In this document: in pieces, positions 10,858 through 21,193 of the stretch
Position numbering within the stretch: position 1 is the stretch's first letter
Layout: every line of letters starts with the position of its first letter
Assembly: GCA_963697435.1 (NCBI GenBank)
Contig: CAVOOB010000001.1
Location: 58,390-122,389, forward strand
Origin: an uncultured Gemmatimonadales bacterium
Lineage (GTDB): Bacteria; Gemmatimonadota; Gemmatimonadetes; Gemmatimonadales; GWC2-71-9
Direction of reading: 5' to 3'
Length of the DNA stretch: 64,000 nt
Notes under the pieces: model-generated
What the model was told of the DNA's origin: nothing
The model's input: only the letters and a program-made list of their open reading frames with translations
Databases searched by the model: none
Translations under genes and position numbers: made by a program

Positions 10858-10912
10858 TCTCTCGTTTCTGGTAGAGGCCGCGGGCAAGGCCCGCGGCATG
10901 CCGTGTACCTGC

Positions 10913-12115
10913 CTACTTCAGGATCTTCGTCACCACGCCGGCACCGACGGTCCGCCCACCCTCGCGGATCGCGAAGCGGAGGCCATCATCCATGGCGATC
11001 GGGGTGATCAGTTCCACCTTGACGCCGATGTTGTCGCCCGGCATGACCATCTCCACGCCGGCCGGCAGCTCGACCGAGCCGGTCACGTCGGTGGTCCGGA
11101 AGTAGAACTGCGGACGGTAGCCCTTGAAGAACGGGGTGTGCCGGCCGCCCTCTTCCTTGCGCAGCACGTACACTTCAGCCTCGAAGTGGGTGTGCGGAGT
11201 CACGGAACCCGGCTTGGCCAGGACCATGCCGCGCTCGATGTCGGCCTTTTCCACGCCGCGGAGCAGGAGGCCGACGTTGTCGCCCGCCTGGCCGTCGTCG
11301 AGGAGCTTGCGGAACATCTCGACGCCGGTGACCACCGTCTTCTTCTCGGAACCGAAGCCGACCAGCGCCACTTCCTCGCCGACCTTGATCTTGCCGCGCT
11401 CGATACGGCCGGTGGCCACCGTGCCGCGGCCGGTGATCGAGAACACGTCCTCGACCGGCATCAGGAACGGCTTCTCGACGTCGCGCACCGGCTCCGGGAT
11501 GAAGGTGTCGAGCGCGTTGAACAGCTCGTCCATCTTGGTGAGATACGTCGCGTCGCCCTCGATGGCCTTCATCGCCGAGCCACGGATGACCGGCGCGTCG
11601 TCGCCCGGGTACTTGTAGGCGCTGAGGAGCTCACGGACCTCGAGCTCGACCAGGTCGAGGAGCTCTTCGTCGTCCACGAGGTCGCACTTGTTCAGGAACA
11701 CGACGATCGAGGGCACGTTCACCTGGCGGGCCAGGAGGATGTGCTCGCGGGTCTGGGGCATCGGGCCGTCGGTGGCCGACACGACCAGGATGGCGCCGTC
11801 CATCTGCGCCGCACCGGTGATCATGTTCTTCACGTAGTCGGCGTGCCCGGGGCAGTCGACGTGCGCGTAGTGACGGTTCTCCGTCTCGTACTCGACGTGC
11901 GAGGTGGCGATCGTCAGGATCTTGGTGGAGTCACGACGCCCCTGCGACTCGGAGGCCTTGGCCACCTCGTCGTACGGGATGTACTTGGTGCCCCAGCCCC
12001 GGTCGGCCGACACCTTGGTCAGCGCGGCCGTCAGGGTGGTCTTCCCGTGGTCGACGTGGCCGATGGTGCCCACGTTCACATGCGGCTTCTTCCGCTCAAA
12101 TTTTGCCTTCGCCAT
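10913..12115 (-). CDS. tuf: translation elongation factor Tu
   Basis: 400 aa with [36 protein letters not shown] and NKCD. It contains the insertion [23 protein letters not shown]. Confidence 0.98.
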   Translation of the reverse strand: MAKAKFERKKPHVNVGTIGHVDHGKTTLTAALTKVSADRGWGTKYIPYDEVAKASESQGRRDSTKILTIATSHVEYETENRHYAHVDCPGHADYVKNMITGAAQMDGAILVVSATDGPMPQTREHILLARQVNVPSIVVFLNKCDLVDDEELLDLVELEVRELLSAYKYPGDDAPVIRGSAMKAIEGDATYLTKMDELFNALDTFIPEPVRDVEKPFLMPVEDVFSITGRGTVATGRIERGKIKVGEEVALVGFGSEKKTVVTGVEMFRKLLDDGQAGDNVGLLLRGVEKADIERGMVLAKPGSVTPHTHFEAEVYVLRKEEGGRHTPFFKGYRPQFYFRTTDVTGSVELPAGVEMVMPGDNIGVKVELITPIAMDDGLRFAIREGGRTVGAGVVTKILK

Positions 12116-12165
12116 GGCTCGCTATCCTGTCGAGATGTGGGGAGTCTGCTGAGTGCCTCTCGGCC

Positions 12166-14265
12166 TCAGCCTTTCTGTTGCTTCGTGATAATGCCTTCGG
12201 CAATGCTCTTCGGCACTTCTTCGTAATGATCAAACTGCATCGAGTACACCGCGCGCCCCTGCGTCATGCTCCGGAGCGTCGTGGAGTAGCCGAACATTTC
12301 CGACAACGGAACATCGGCGGCCACGACCTGCGCGTCGCCGCGCTGCGTCATGCCACCGATCTTGCCACGCCGGCTCGAGAGGTCGCCGATGACGTCGCCG
12401 AGGAAGTCGGCCGGGCTCACCACCTCGACCTCCATCACCGGCTCCAGCAGGACCGGGTGCGCCTGCCGCGCGGCTTCCTTGACGGCCATCGAGCCGGCAA
12501 TCTTGAACGCCATTTCGCTCGAGTCCACGTCGTGGTAGCTGCCGTACACCAGCGTCACCTTCACGTCCACCATCGGGTACCCGGCCAGCACACCGCCCTC
12601 GAGCGCCTCGCGGATGCCCGCCTCCACCGGCTTGATGAACTCCCGGGGAATGACACCGCCGACGATCTTGTCCTCGAACACGAAGCCCTGGCCGACGTCA
12701 GCCGGCTCCGCGTGGATCACGACGTGGCCGTACTGGCCCTTGCCGCCGGACTGCCGGACGAACTTGCCCTCGACGTTCTCGACCCGCTTCCGGATCGTCT
12801 CGCGGAAGGCCACCTGCGGCTTGCCGACGTTGGCCTCGACCTTGAACTCGCGCTTCATGCGGTCCACCAGGATTTCCAGGTGGAGCTCGCCCATGCCCGC
12901 GATGATCGTCTGGCCCGTCTCGACGTCGGTCCGGACCCGGAACGTCGGGTCCTCTTCCTGCAACTTCATGAGCGCGAGCGTCAGCTTGTCCTGGTCCGCC
13001 TTCGTCTTCGGCTCGACGGCCACATCGATGACGGGGTTCGGGAAGTTCATCGCCTCGAGGATGATCGGCTTGTCTTCATCGGACAGCGTATCGCCCGTCC
13101 GCGTGTCCTTCAGCCCGATGGCGGCGCCGATATCGCCCGCCCACACTTCCTCGATCTCTTCCCGCTTGTTCGCGTGCATCTGGAGCAACCGCCCCACCCG
13201 CTCGCGCTTGTCCTTCGTGCTGTTGTACACGTAGCTGCCCGACTTCAGCGAGCCCGAGTACACCCGGAAGAAGGTCAGCCGGCCGACGTAGGGGTCGGTG
13301 GCCACCTTGAACGCCAGCGCGGAGAAGGGCTCGTCGTCCTTCGCGTCGCGGTGCGCCGGTGTGTCGTCGTGCAGCGGGAGGTGTCCCTGCACCGGCTTCA
13401 CATCCATGGGGCTCGGCAGGTAGTCGATGACGGCATCGAGCAGCGCCTGCACACCCTTGTTCTTGAACGAGGCGCCGCAGAGGACCGGCACGATGGACCC
13501 CGCGCAGGTCGCCTTGCGAATGGCGGTGTTGATCTCCTCGAGCGACAGCTCTTCGCCGGCCAGGTACTTCTCCATCAGCGCGTCGTCCGACTCCACGGCC
13601 GCCTCGATCACCTCGTGCCGGGCCTGTTCCACGGCCTCCTTGAAGGCGTCGGCCACCGGCATCTCGGTGAACGTCTTGCCGAGGGTCTCTTCGTCGAAGA
13701 TGTACTCGACCCGGCGCAGCACGTCGATGTGCCCGGTAAAGGTCTCACCCGAACCCACCGGCAGCTGCAGCGGGAACGCACGCTTGGTCAGCCGGTTCCG
13801 GATCATGGTCAGGCAGCGGTCGAAGTCGGCCCCCACCCGGTCCATCTTGTTGGCGAAGATGATCCGCGGGACGCCGTACCGGTCGGCCTGGCGCCACACC
13901 GTTTCGGTCTGGGGCTCCACGCCCGCCACCGAGTCCAGCAGGGTCACCGCGCCGTCGAGCACGCGCAGGGACCGCTCCACCTCGACCGTGAAGTCCACGT
14001 GGCCGGGGGTGTCGATGATGTTGATCCGGTGCGTCACCCCGTTCCGGATCCAGAAACAAGTCGTCGCGGCGGAGGTGATGGTGATGCCCCGCTCCTGCTC
14101 CTGCTCCATCCAGTCCATGGTGGCCGCGCCCTCGTGCACTTCACCGATCTTGTAGTTCTTGCCGGTGTAGTAGAGGATACGCTCGGTCGTAGTCGTCTTC
14201 CCGGCATCAATGTGGGCCATGATGCCGATGTTCCGGTACAATTCGAGCGATGTCTGACGCGACAT
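12166..14265 (-). CDS. fusA: translation elongation factor G
   Basis: 699 aa with [32 protein letters not shown] and NKMD. Confidence 0.98.
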   Translation of the reverse strand: MSRQTSLELYRNIGIMAHIDAGKTTTTERILYYTGKNYKIGEVHEGAATMDWMEQEQERGITITSAATTCFWIRNGVTHRINIIDTPGHVDFTVEVERSLRVLDGAVTLLDSVAGVEPQTETVWRQADRYGVPRIIFANKMDRVGADFDRCLTMIRNRLTKRAFPLQLPVGSGETFTGHIDVLRRVEYIFDEETLGKTFTEMPVADAFKEAVEQARHEVIEAAVESDDALMEKYLAGEELSLEEINTAIRKATCAGSIVPVLCGASFKNKGVQALLDAVIDYLPSPMDVKPVQGHLPLHDDTPAHRDAKDDEPFSALAFKVATDPYVGRLTFFRVYSGSLKSGSYVYNSTKDKRERVGRLLQMHANKREEIEEVWAGDIGAAIGLKDTRTGDTLSDEDKPIILEAMNFPNPVIDVAVEPKTKADQDKLTLALMKLQEEDPTFRVRTDVETGQTIIAGMGELHLEILVDRMKREFKVEANVGKPQVAFRETIRKRVENVEGKFVRQSGGKGQYGHVVIHAEPADVGQGFVFEDKIVGGVIPREFIKPVEAGIREALEGGVLAGYPMVDVKVTLVYGSYHDVDSSEMAFKIAGSMAVKEAARQAHPVLLEPVMEVEVVSPADFLGDVIGDLSSRRGKIGGMTQRGDAQVVAADVPLSEMFGYSTTLRSMTQGRAVYSMQFDHYEEVPKSIAEGIITKQQKG

Positions 14266-14295
14266 ACAGTCCCTGTCTCTAGTCTCTATTCAGCG

Positions 14296-14343
14296 AAAAA
14301 GCGGGGCGACCGAGCCGGGCAGATGCCCGTGGTATCGCTCCGC
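14296..14343 (-). terminator. terminator/attenuator-like hairpin plus U-tract in the rpsG-fusA spacer
   Basis: In the minus-sense transcript, GCGGAGCGA...TCGCCCCGC (9 bp, one mismatch) encloses an inner CGGGC/GCCCG stem. TTTTT follows immediately, about 30 nt upstream of the fusA ATG. Confidence 0.45.
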
Positions 14344-14515
14344 GCACGTCCGGGCTCGCACCCGAGACGAGGAATCTCCAGGATTCCCTCGCAGTTTCGT
14401 CGGAAGACCAGAGGTGGCAGGCGGCCTGACCGCCGTCACGTGGTCCGATTATCGGGCGACCCTCCGCCCACATCCGGGGCGAACACGAGGTTCGCCCCTG
14501 TTTCCATCTATGCGC

Positions 14516-14982
14516 CTACCAGCGGTAGTGCGCGAACGCCCGGTTGGCCTCGGCCATGCGGTGCGTGTCTTCCTTCTTCTTGATGGTGCTGCCCTCGCCC
14601 TTGGCGGCCAGGATCAGCTCCGCGGCCAGCCGCTCCGCCATCGTCTTTTCCGTGCGATCCCGGGCGAACCCGATGATCCACCGCATGGCCAGCGCGCCGC
14701 GACGGTCCGGACGGACCTCCACCGGCACCTGGAGCGAGGCGCCGCCGACCCGGCGGCTCTTCACCTCGAGCGCGGGCTTGGCGTTGTTGACCGCCTGCTT
14801 GAAGACCGTGACGCCCGGCTGCCCGGTGCGCTCTTCGATCAGGTCCATGGCGGTGTAGAAGATGCCTTCCGCCGTGCTCTTCTTGCCGTCGTTCATCAGG
14901 TTGTTGACGAACTTGCTGACCGTCTGGCTGTCGTAGCGCGGATCGGGCGGCACCGGCCGCTTGACCGCGGAGTTCCGGCGGC

Positions 14983-14986
<4 letters not shown>
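14516..14986 (-). CDS. rpsG: 30S ribosomal protein S7
   Basis: 156 aa from a GTG start (V)[30 protein letters not shown], ending [13 protein letters not shown] overlap with the rpsL stop. The ORF-track entry 14516-15484 overextends. Confidence 0.94.
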
Positions 14987-15369
<383 letters not shown>

Positions 15370-15424
15370 ACCCTGCGCTTTTCCATGGTCCGTAAAAAAT
15401 GGCCGCAAACCGCGGCAGACACCA

Positions 15425-15453
15425 AAGATAGAGGGCGTTCAGGTGGGAGTCAA
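15425..15453 (-). promoter_or_regulatory. sigma-70-type promoter candidate for the rpsL (str) operon
   Basis: Minus-sense TTGACT (15448-15453), a 17-nt spacer, then TATCTT (15425-15430), about 55 nt upstream of the rpsL ATG. Confidence 0.55.
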
Positions 15454-15559
15454 GGGAGGGGTATTCCCGGCTGCCGAGAGCCACCGCCCCCGGCTCCGAG
15501 CACGCCGAGGGAGGGGTCGCGAGGCCACAACTGCGTGGCAGACAACAGGTTGTCGATCG

Positions 15560-16954
15560 CTACTGCTGCTCGCCTGCTGCTGCCCGAACTGGCCCGATTG
15601 GCACCTGGAGTACGTTGAGATAGAAGATCGCAACGACCTCCTTGGCGCCAACGACGTAGGCCCGGACTGCCTCCATCGAGTCCGCCGCGATCTCGCCCTT
15701 CAGGGTGAGGAGTAAAGACGCCTCGCCGGCAGCGTCCGTGGTGCTCCAGTGAATCGCATGCTTCGCAAACCAATCGTCAAGCGTGATATAGCCGTGATCC
15801 CACTCCACCCGTGCATCGGGAATGGGGTCACCGCCTGTATCCAGCACGCGCACCACGAGGGGCAACGGCAGGGTGGCGCCCAGCGGAGCGGTTTGCAGAT
15901 CGCCGCCGATCTTCACGATGCTGGCCGGCACCGGTATCGCACTCGCCTGGAATGTGACGGCCGGCGCGTCGAGCCCCGGTACTGACGCGCTCAGGCGGTG
16001 CGAGTTGACGCCGACCGCCATCCCGAGGGCCCACTCGGCCTCCGCCACCCCGTGGCGGTCAGTCGTGGTGGTGGCAGCGACGGTCACCCCACCACCGGCA
16101 TCCACCTGCCAATGCACCTCGACGCCCGCCACCGGCATGTCTATGACCTGGCCCGCGGTGACTCGAACGGCGGGTCGCTCGGCGAGCTCCCTGCCAACGA
16201 ATGCCGCCTGATTATTCCCGGAGAGGATCGACAGCCTCCCTGAGGTCAAGGTGGCCGAGGCAGCAAAGGTGGTGAGACCGGAATACGGCAGGTAGGCCTG
16301 GAGCGTCTGCGCATTGACACCGACCGTCGGACCGAGGGTCCACGAACTCGACGCGTAGCCGGCGGCATCCGAGACGGACTCGCCGGTCGATACGATGCCC
16401 CGGCCTGCCAATACCCCCCACCTGATCGTGATCCCCTCCACCGGGACGCCCAAGGCGTCGTGCACGACGACGGCGGGGTCCTGCGCCAGCACTTCCAATA
16501 CCTCCCCCGCCTGCGAGTCACCTTGCACCTTCGTGACAACTGCGCCGGCGTTCGCCGAGAATCTCACCGTGGGCCCCGAGAATCCGACGAATCGGGCGGC
16601 AACCGATTGACGGGTGGCGCCGGCACCAGATCCGAGTGTCCAGCTGGTGGTTGCAATGCCATTTGCATCGGTGGTGGCCAGTGAATGTCCTACGCTCCCT
16701 CCGCCGCTGGTGACCGTGAACGTGACCTGCACGTTGGGCACCGGTTGCAGATCCAAGCCGGTGACTCGGACCGCGAGAGGTTCGGCAAGTTTCGCGGCCA
16801 TGATTCCCGCCTGGGCGTCGCCGGAGGAGACGGCGAGGGTTGTGGGGGCAACCCCAGGCGCCGAGACGTCGCTCGAACAGCTTACGGTCACAACGATCAC
16901 TGCGTACAACGCAACATGGGGGAGAACGCGACTTCCGAGCATGAGATTCTCCAT
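15560..16954 (-). CDS. lipoprotein with tandem bacterial Ig-like (Big_1/invasin-type) repeats
   Basis: 464 aa with signal peptide and Cys (VVTVSC-SSD). It has about 4-5 repeats of the pattern SGDAQ/GNNQ...V-V-D..G.PV.G..V.F/W.V..GGG.....TD..G.A...WTLG. Confidence 0.8.
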   Translation of the reverse strand: MENLMLGSRVLPHVALYAVIVVTVSCSSDVSAPGVAPTTLAVSSGDAQAGIMAAKLAEPLAVRVTGLDLQPVPNVQVTFTVTSGGGSVGHSLATTDANGIATTSWTLGSGAGATRQSVAARFVGFSGPTVRFSANAGAVVTKVQGDSQAGEVLEVLAQDPAVVVHDALGVPVEGITIRWGVLAGRGIVSTGESVSDAAGYASSSWTLGPTVGVNAQTLQAYLPYSGLTTFAASATLTSGRLSILSGNNQAAFVGRELAERPAVRVTAGQVIDMPVAGVEVHWQVDAGGGVTVAATTTTDRHGVAEAEWALGMAVGVNSHRLSASVPGLDAPAVTFQASAIPVPASIVKIGGDLQTAPLGATLPLPLVVRVLDTGGDPIPDARVEWDHGYITLDDWFAKHAIHWSTTDAAGEASLLLTLKGEIAADSMEAVRAYVVGAKEVVAIFYLNVLQVPIGPVRAAAGEQQ

Positions 16955-16974
16955 GTGCGACGAGTGAACTAGAC

Positions 16975-18510
16975 CTATCGAACGGCGCTTCGCCCTGGTC
17001 GCATGCCCGGGCTGTCCGAAATGTCGGCAGGACGGATCGCCTGCCCCGACCCGCCCACCGTGTACGGATCCGCGGTGGCATAGCTGACGGTGTACCCCAT
17101 GTCGGCGAATGTCGCGATGGTGATCGTGCTGAGCGGATTGAGCCCGGGGTTGACGATCGACGTCATCAGCTCCGAGCCCATGAGGTATTCACTCCAATAG
17201 GGGTATTCGCCCGGAGCCATCCAGGTCCAATCACCCGGCCCCGTGTACACCTCGATAGGGACAGACGCTCGCGGGAGGGATGCCCCGCGGCTCAGGTTGA
17301 ACTGTCGAATGGCGTGTCGCCCAATGAAGGCGGGGTTCCACACCACGGACCCGGTAGCGAGTGGGGGATTGAGGTAGGCCCAGAGGGAGCCAAATCCGAT
17401 GGCATGGCCGACGGCCCGAAGCACCACCGCCTCCAGAGCTCCAGTGGCCTCGAGCGCGGGGAGATCGGAGACATCGACAACCACCGTCCCGACCTGCGTC
17501 TTGAGCGACTGGCGGTCGATGCACGGGTACCCCCACCCAAGAGAGCCCCCGGGTCCGTCAACCGAATCGAGTTGGACGATGATCGAGATGTCGTCGACGA
17601 CTGCTGGCAACCACGAGCGGTCGAGGGCGCACCAGTCATAGAAAGCCGATGGCGATGCCGAAGGGACGTCCCCGACGATGATACGGCTCCACCGCGCAGC
17701 GGCTGACCGGATTGCGGCCTCGAGGTTTGGCGGCATTGGCCCAACGAAACGAAGGTCAATGTCATACGCGCTCACTAATGGTACGGCCGTCGATGCGAAC
17801 AAGACCGACGGCAGGCTGCCACCCACCAGGGCGGCCTCCGTGCCTTGGTAACCGAGGTCCGGACCGAGGGTGCGTTCGATTTGGGCGATCCCATCCCAAT
17901 CGGTGAGCGTCGTGTCGGCGGTCACCCAACCGTCACCGGGGGAAGGACTCCACGCGACCCTGACGAAGCGCGTGGGATTCGCGAACGCATCGGTCAGGCG
18001 CACGCGAAGCGGCGCGGTGAGCGCCATGCCGATCATCGCGGCCTGAGTGTCTCCCGAAACGATTACCATCTCGGCGGGCGGTCCCGGCAGCCCGCTGGCT
18101 CGAAGCGCGGGAATGCCTGTCGCGTACCCAGGGACGGTCGCGGTCAACCGATGGTCGGCCGAGGCATCAACGCCGAGGGTCCAGCGAGTCCGCGCCTCGC
18201 CACGGGCGTCGGTCGGTGCGCTGTCGGCGTCGATGCTCCCCCCGCCCCCGCCCACCGCGAACTTGACCATGGTGCCGCTCACCGGGGCCCCGTCCTGATC
18301 CGAAAGTCGGACGCCGACTGCTTCGGGGAGCGACTGACCGACGACGCCGCTCTGGGCGTTGCCGAGCAGGCTTACCACCGCGATTGACGGAGGTCGGGGG
18401 GGCCCAGTCCCCGAGGGGGACACGGGACTGCCGCTGTCGACCGAACAGCCAACACCTGCCACACAGACGGCGCCGATCCACACCGTCTTGAAGAAGCGTT
18501 CGGCTTCCAT
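16975..18510 (-). CDS. lipoprotein: 2 Ig-like repeats plus a leishmanolysin (M8)-like domain with degenerate zinc site
   Basis: 511 aa with lipobox-like VAGVGC-S. The C-terminal half is paralogous to the protease domain of 21246-24020, but HEMGH is replaced by RAVGH and GHW by PYW. Confidence 0.8.
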   Translation of the reverse strand: MEAERFFKTVWIGAVCVAGVGCSVDSGSPVSPSGTGPPRPPSIAVVSLLGNAQSGVVGQSLPEAVGVRLSDQDGAPVSGTMVKFAVGGGGGSIDADSAPTDARGEARTRWTLGVDASADHRLTATVPGYATGIPALRASGLPGPPAEMVIVSGDTQAAMIGMALTAPLRVRLTDAFANPTRFVRVAWSPSPGDGWVTADTTLTDWDGIAQIERTLGPDLGYQGTEAALVGGSLPSVLFASTAVPLVSAYDIDLRFVGPMPPNLEAAIRSAAARWSRIIVGDVPSASPSAFYDWCALDRSWLPAVVDDISIIVQLDSVDGPGGSLGWGYPCIDRQSLKTQVGTVVVDVSDLPALEATGALEAVVLRAVGHAIGFGSLWAYLNPPLATGSVVWNPAFIGRHAIRQFNLSRGASLPRASVPIEVYTGPGDWTWMAPGEYPYWSEYLMGSELMTSIVNPGLNPLSTITIATFADMGYTVSYATADPYTVGGSGQAIRPADISDSPGMRPGRSAVR

Positions 18511-18537
18511 TGTCCCCCCTTGGTTTGAACCAGCTCG

Positions 18538-19956
18538 CTAGTTGTGAGCGCGCCCGGGCACTCGCCACAGCGAATGCGCAGTCACATACCGCCCGACCTT
18601 CCTGCCTTGCGCGACCCCGACGACCGTCGCCTCCCGGAAGAACGAACCGCCATAGACCCTGGCCACCGCGCTCTCGCGCACTGCGTCCTGCACCGACCGG
18701 AAGCTCCGGGGCTGGCCCGGCAGCGTCGCGGACTCCCAGCTGAACCCGGTTGGGCCGGCGAGATTTGCGAGGATGGCCTGCGCAGCCGCCTCGGCGGCGA
18801 CCAGCGCCGCCGCGGGGTGCCCGGGGAACGGCGGTGTCGGACCGTTGGGAGCAACGGAAAAGGTGGAGACCTGCCAGGCGGGGTCGCCAGGAGTGGACGG
18901 GTCGAGGTTCCCCAGCCGAATTGCCGTCACGGGGCGCCAGAAGTTGGTGGCATAGGCCGACTCGAACGAGGCAATCAGGGCGTCTGCCCTGGCCAGCGCG
19001 ACGTGCGAGACCAGCCGGGCGAGGCGCCAGGCGTTGAGGTGTCGCTTGGCGGCGAGGCTGCGCGCGGCATCGTTCCAGGTTTGGCCATCGCCACCAAGCC
19101 AGTAGTACGCGATGTCGGTTTGTTCCGCCGTGCGCTCCGATACCTCCCCGCCCAGGCGCTTGATCTCCGCGTAGTCGGCGAGGTACTGCGCCGTCTGCAC
19201 CGCCGCCTCCACCGTCGCCGCGCCATACATCGGGGGCGCGCGGAATTGCGAACCGCTGCTCAGGACGAACGGACGGACCGCACCCCAGTAGGGGATCGCC
19301 TGGGGGCCGGCGAGCGCCGTGGCCGAACCGACCGTCGAACGGAACTTCCCTGCCTCGCCTGTCGAGGTAAAGAAGACAGCCGGCGGACCCGCCGAGCCGT
19401 CGCCGGCGCGCAGCGCCAGCATCGCGGCCGCCGCGTCGCGCCCCAACTGGACGCCGCGGGTCACCTCGTCGCACTGATCGAGGACGGCCATGTACTCGTT
19501 GTAGGCCTGCGTGATGAACTCCAGCGCCGCCGGGTTGGAGAGCCCTGCGCCGATGCCGGCGAGGACCTCGTAGGCACCCGTGGCCACGGCCGCCTCGACC
19601 GAGAGCGGGCGATCCACCCGCCCATCGTACGCATACGGCTCGAAGCGCCGCTGAACCGCGTTCATCACGTCGTGCATGGCGGTGTTGGCCATCGCCTGCA
19701 TCCGCGCCTCGGCGGGTGGATTGGTGCCAGCGAGCGCACTGAACGCAGCGATGTTGTCGTTCCACGTCTCTACCGCCTCCACCAGCGTCGGTCGACGACC
19801 GGTGCGGTGCCAGGCCATGGGGGCGTCATCGAGCTGCAGGAGGTCGTCCCCGAGCGCCGAGGGGGACGTGGGATCAGGGGCAGTCTGGTCGGCGCAGGCG
19901 CCGAGGGCAAGAAGGAGGGCGAGCAATGCAAACGGGCGCGTCGAAACTCGTAACAT
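18538..19956 (-). CDS. lipoprotein, PAP2 / vanadium-haloperoxidase-like superfamily, catalytic motifs degenerate
   Basis: 472 aa with lipobox LLALGAC-A. It has the family-typical FWRPVTAIR, PFPGHPAAA and ARVYGGSFFREA blocks. From memory, these correspond to the K-x6-RP, PSGH and SR-x5-H-x3-D motifs. Confidence 0.7.
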   Translation of the reverse strand: MLRVSTRPFALLALLLALGACADQTAPDPTSPSALGDDLLQLDDAPMAWHRTGRRPTLVEAVETWNDNIAAFSALAGTNPPAEARMQAMANTAMHDVMNAVQRRFEPYAYDGRVDRPLSVEAAVATGAYEVLAGIGAGLSNPAALEFITQAYNEYMAVLDQCDEVTRGVQLGRDAAAAMLALRAGDGSAGPPAVFFTSTGEAGKFRSTVGSATALAGPQAIPYWGAVRPFVLSSGSQFRAPPMYGAATVEAAVQTAQYLADYAEIKRLGGEVSERTAEQTDIAYYWLGGDGQTWNDAARSLAAKRHLNAWRLARLVSHVALARADALIASFESAYATNFWRPVTAIRLGNLDPSTPGDPAWQVSTFSVAPNGPTPPFPGHPAAALVAAEAAAQAILANLAGPTGFSWESATLPGQPRSFRSVQDAVRESAVARVYGGSFFREATVVGVAQGRKVGRYVTAHSLWRVPGRAHN

Positions 19957-19999
19957 ACTGAGCCCCTGTCGTTTAAGGCCTGGTCGAATGACGAGACCA

Positions 20000-20021
20000 T
20001 AATGGCACTAGAGTGCCATTA
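20000..20021. promoter_or_regulatory. probable TetR operator (perfect inverted repeat)
   Basis: TAATGGCACT-AG-AGTGCCATTA has 10-bp perfect arms. It is centred in the 87-bp divergent region between the lipoprotein operon (start 19956, minus) and tetR (start 20044, plus). Confidence 0.6.
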
Positions 20022-20043
20022 GAGACTATGCTATATTCTGGGC

Positions 20044-20724
20044 ATGAATCCGTCAAGAGGTCGTCCGGCCCAGAGGGGAAGAACCCGGGCCAAGCTGCTC
20101 GAGGCGGCGGCCACCCTGATCGGCCGGGGGCTCACCCCCACCACCACCGAGGTGGCCGACGCGGCGGGGGTGTCGCGTCGTACCGCCTACCGGTACTTCC
20201 CGACCCAGGAGCAGCTCCTGGTCGAATCGGCCCTCGAGCGCCTGCGCCCCGAGGTCGAGGGGGCCATGGATGCCGTCCGCGTGCTCCAGATCCAGATCGG
20301 CGAAGGCGCCGAGGCGCAAGACGTTGCGTTGGCGCTGGCGCGGCTCGACGCGACCGTACGCGTCATGCACCGCCTGACCCTCAAGCACGAGCCGCTGTTG
20401 CGGACCATCCAGCGGCTCACAGCCGGGGGCGAGACCACGCCGGGGGTGCGGCCGCGCGGCACCCGGCGCATCGACTGGATCACCGCCGCGATTGAGCCTG
20501 TCCGGGCCCGGCTGGGGCCGGATCGATTTGCGCGATTGATTTCCGCCCTCTGCACCGTGGTCGGCTTCGACGCGACCTTCCTCCTGCGTGACGTGCGCGG
20601 GCTCTCCTCCACGGAGGTCGAGCGGGTTTCCCGATGGCTCGCCGAGACGGTGCTTCAGGGGGCTGTGGCGGAAACGGCTGCAGTGGCGGAGCGGGACGGG
20701 GGCACGGCCTCGGATGTGGCCTGA
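20044..20724 (+). CDS. TetR/AcrR family transcriptional regulator
   Basis: 226 aa with N-terminal HTH (RAKLLEAAATLIGRGLTPTTTEVADAAGVSRRTAYRYFPTQEQLL). Confidence 0.9.
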   Translation: MNPSRGRPAQRGRTRAKLLEAAATLIGRGLTPTTTEVADAAGVSRRTAYRYFPTQEQLLVESALERLRPEVEGAMDAVRVLQIQIGEGAEAQDVALALARLDATVRVMHRLTLKHEPLLRTIQRLTAGGETTPGVRPRGTRRIDWITAAIEPVRARLGPDRFARLISALCTVVGFDATFLLRDVRGLSSTEVERVSRWLAETVLQGAVAETAAVAERDGGTASDVA

Positions 20725-20738
20725 ACGGGAGGGACGAC

Positions 20739-21152
20739 ATGGCTGAGGTGGACATCGACAACATCAGGCGAATCGTGCAGGCCCAGGCCGATGCCTGGAC
20801 CCTAGGCGATGCCGCTGGCTACGCCGCCGGTGCGGGCGAGGACCTCGGTTTCACCAACATCCTCGGCATGCGCTTCATCGGCCGGGAGGCGTTCCTCAAG
20901 GTGCACGAACGGATCCTGAAGGGGATCTACGCCGGGAGTCGGCTGGAACTCGAGGTGGAACGGGTGACCTTCCCCGCGCCCGACGTGGCTGTGGCGGAGG
21001 TCGCGGTCCAACTGCACGGCGCCAAGGGGATGCCACCCGGGATTCGCCCCGACGCCGACGGCGTGTTGCGGACCCGCCTCCTCGAAGTCTTTGCCAGGCG
21101 AGATGGGGCGTGGGTGATGGTGGCCAACCACAACACCCCTGTCCTCGTCTGA
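20739..21152 (+). CDS. SnoaL-like / DUF4440 (NTF2-fold, SgcJ/EcaC-type) protein
   Basis: 137 aa from MAEVDIDNIRRIVQAQADAWTLGD, ending RRDGAWVMVANHNTPV. The ATG at 20739 is preceded by GGGAGGGA. The ORF-track start at 20634 overlaps tetR. Confidence 0.7.
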   Translation: MAEVDIDNIRRIVQAQADAWTLGDAAGYAAGAGEDLGFTNILGMRFIGREAFLKVHERILKGIYAGSRLELEVERVTFPAPDVAVAEVAVQLHGAKGMPPGIRPDADGVLRTRLLEVFARRDGAWVMVANHNTPVLV

Positions 21153-21193
21153 CGCCCCCCGACCGGGCTCAGCGGCAGGCGGTGACAACAAAG

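Noticed and set aside
14279-14473. 64-aa ORF inside the rpsG-fusA spacer
   Set aside because: No Shine-Dalgarno sequence, no recognisable motif, and Arg/Gly/Ser-rich composition. The region is better explained by RNA secondary structure.
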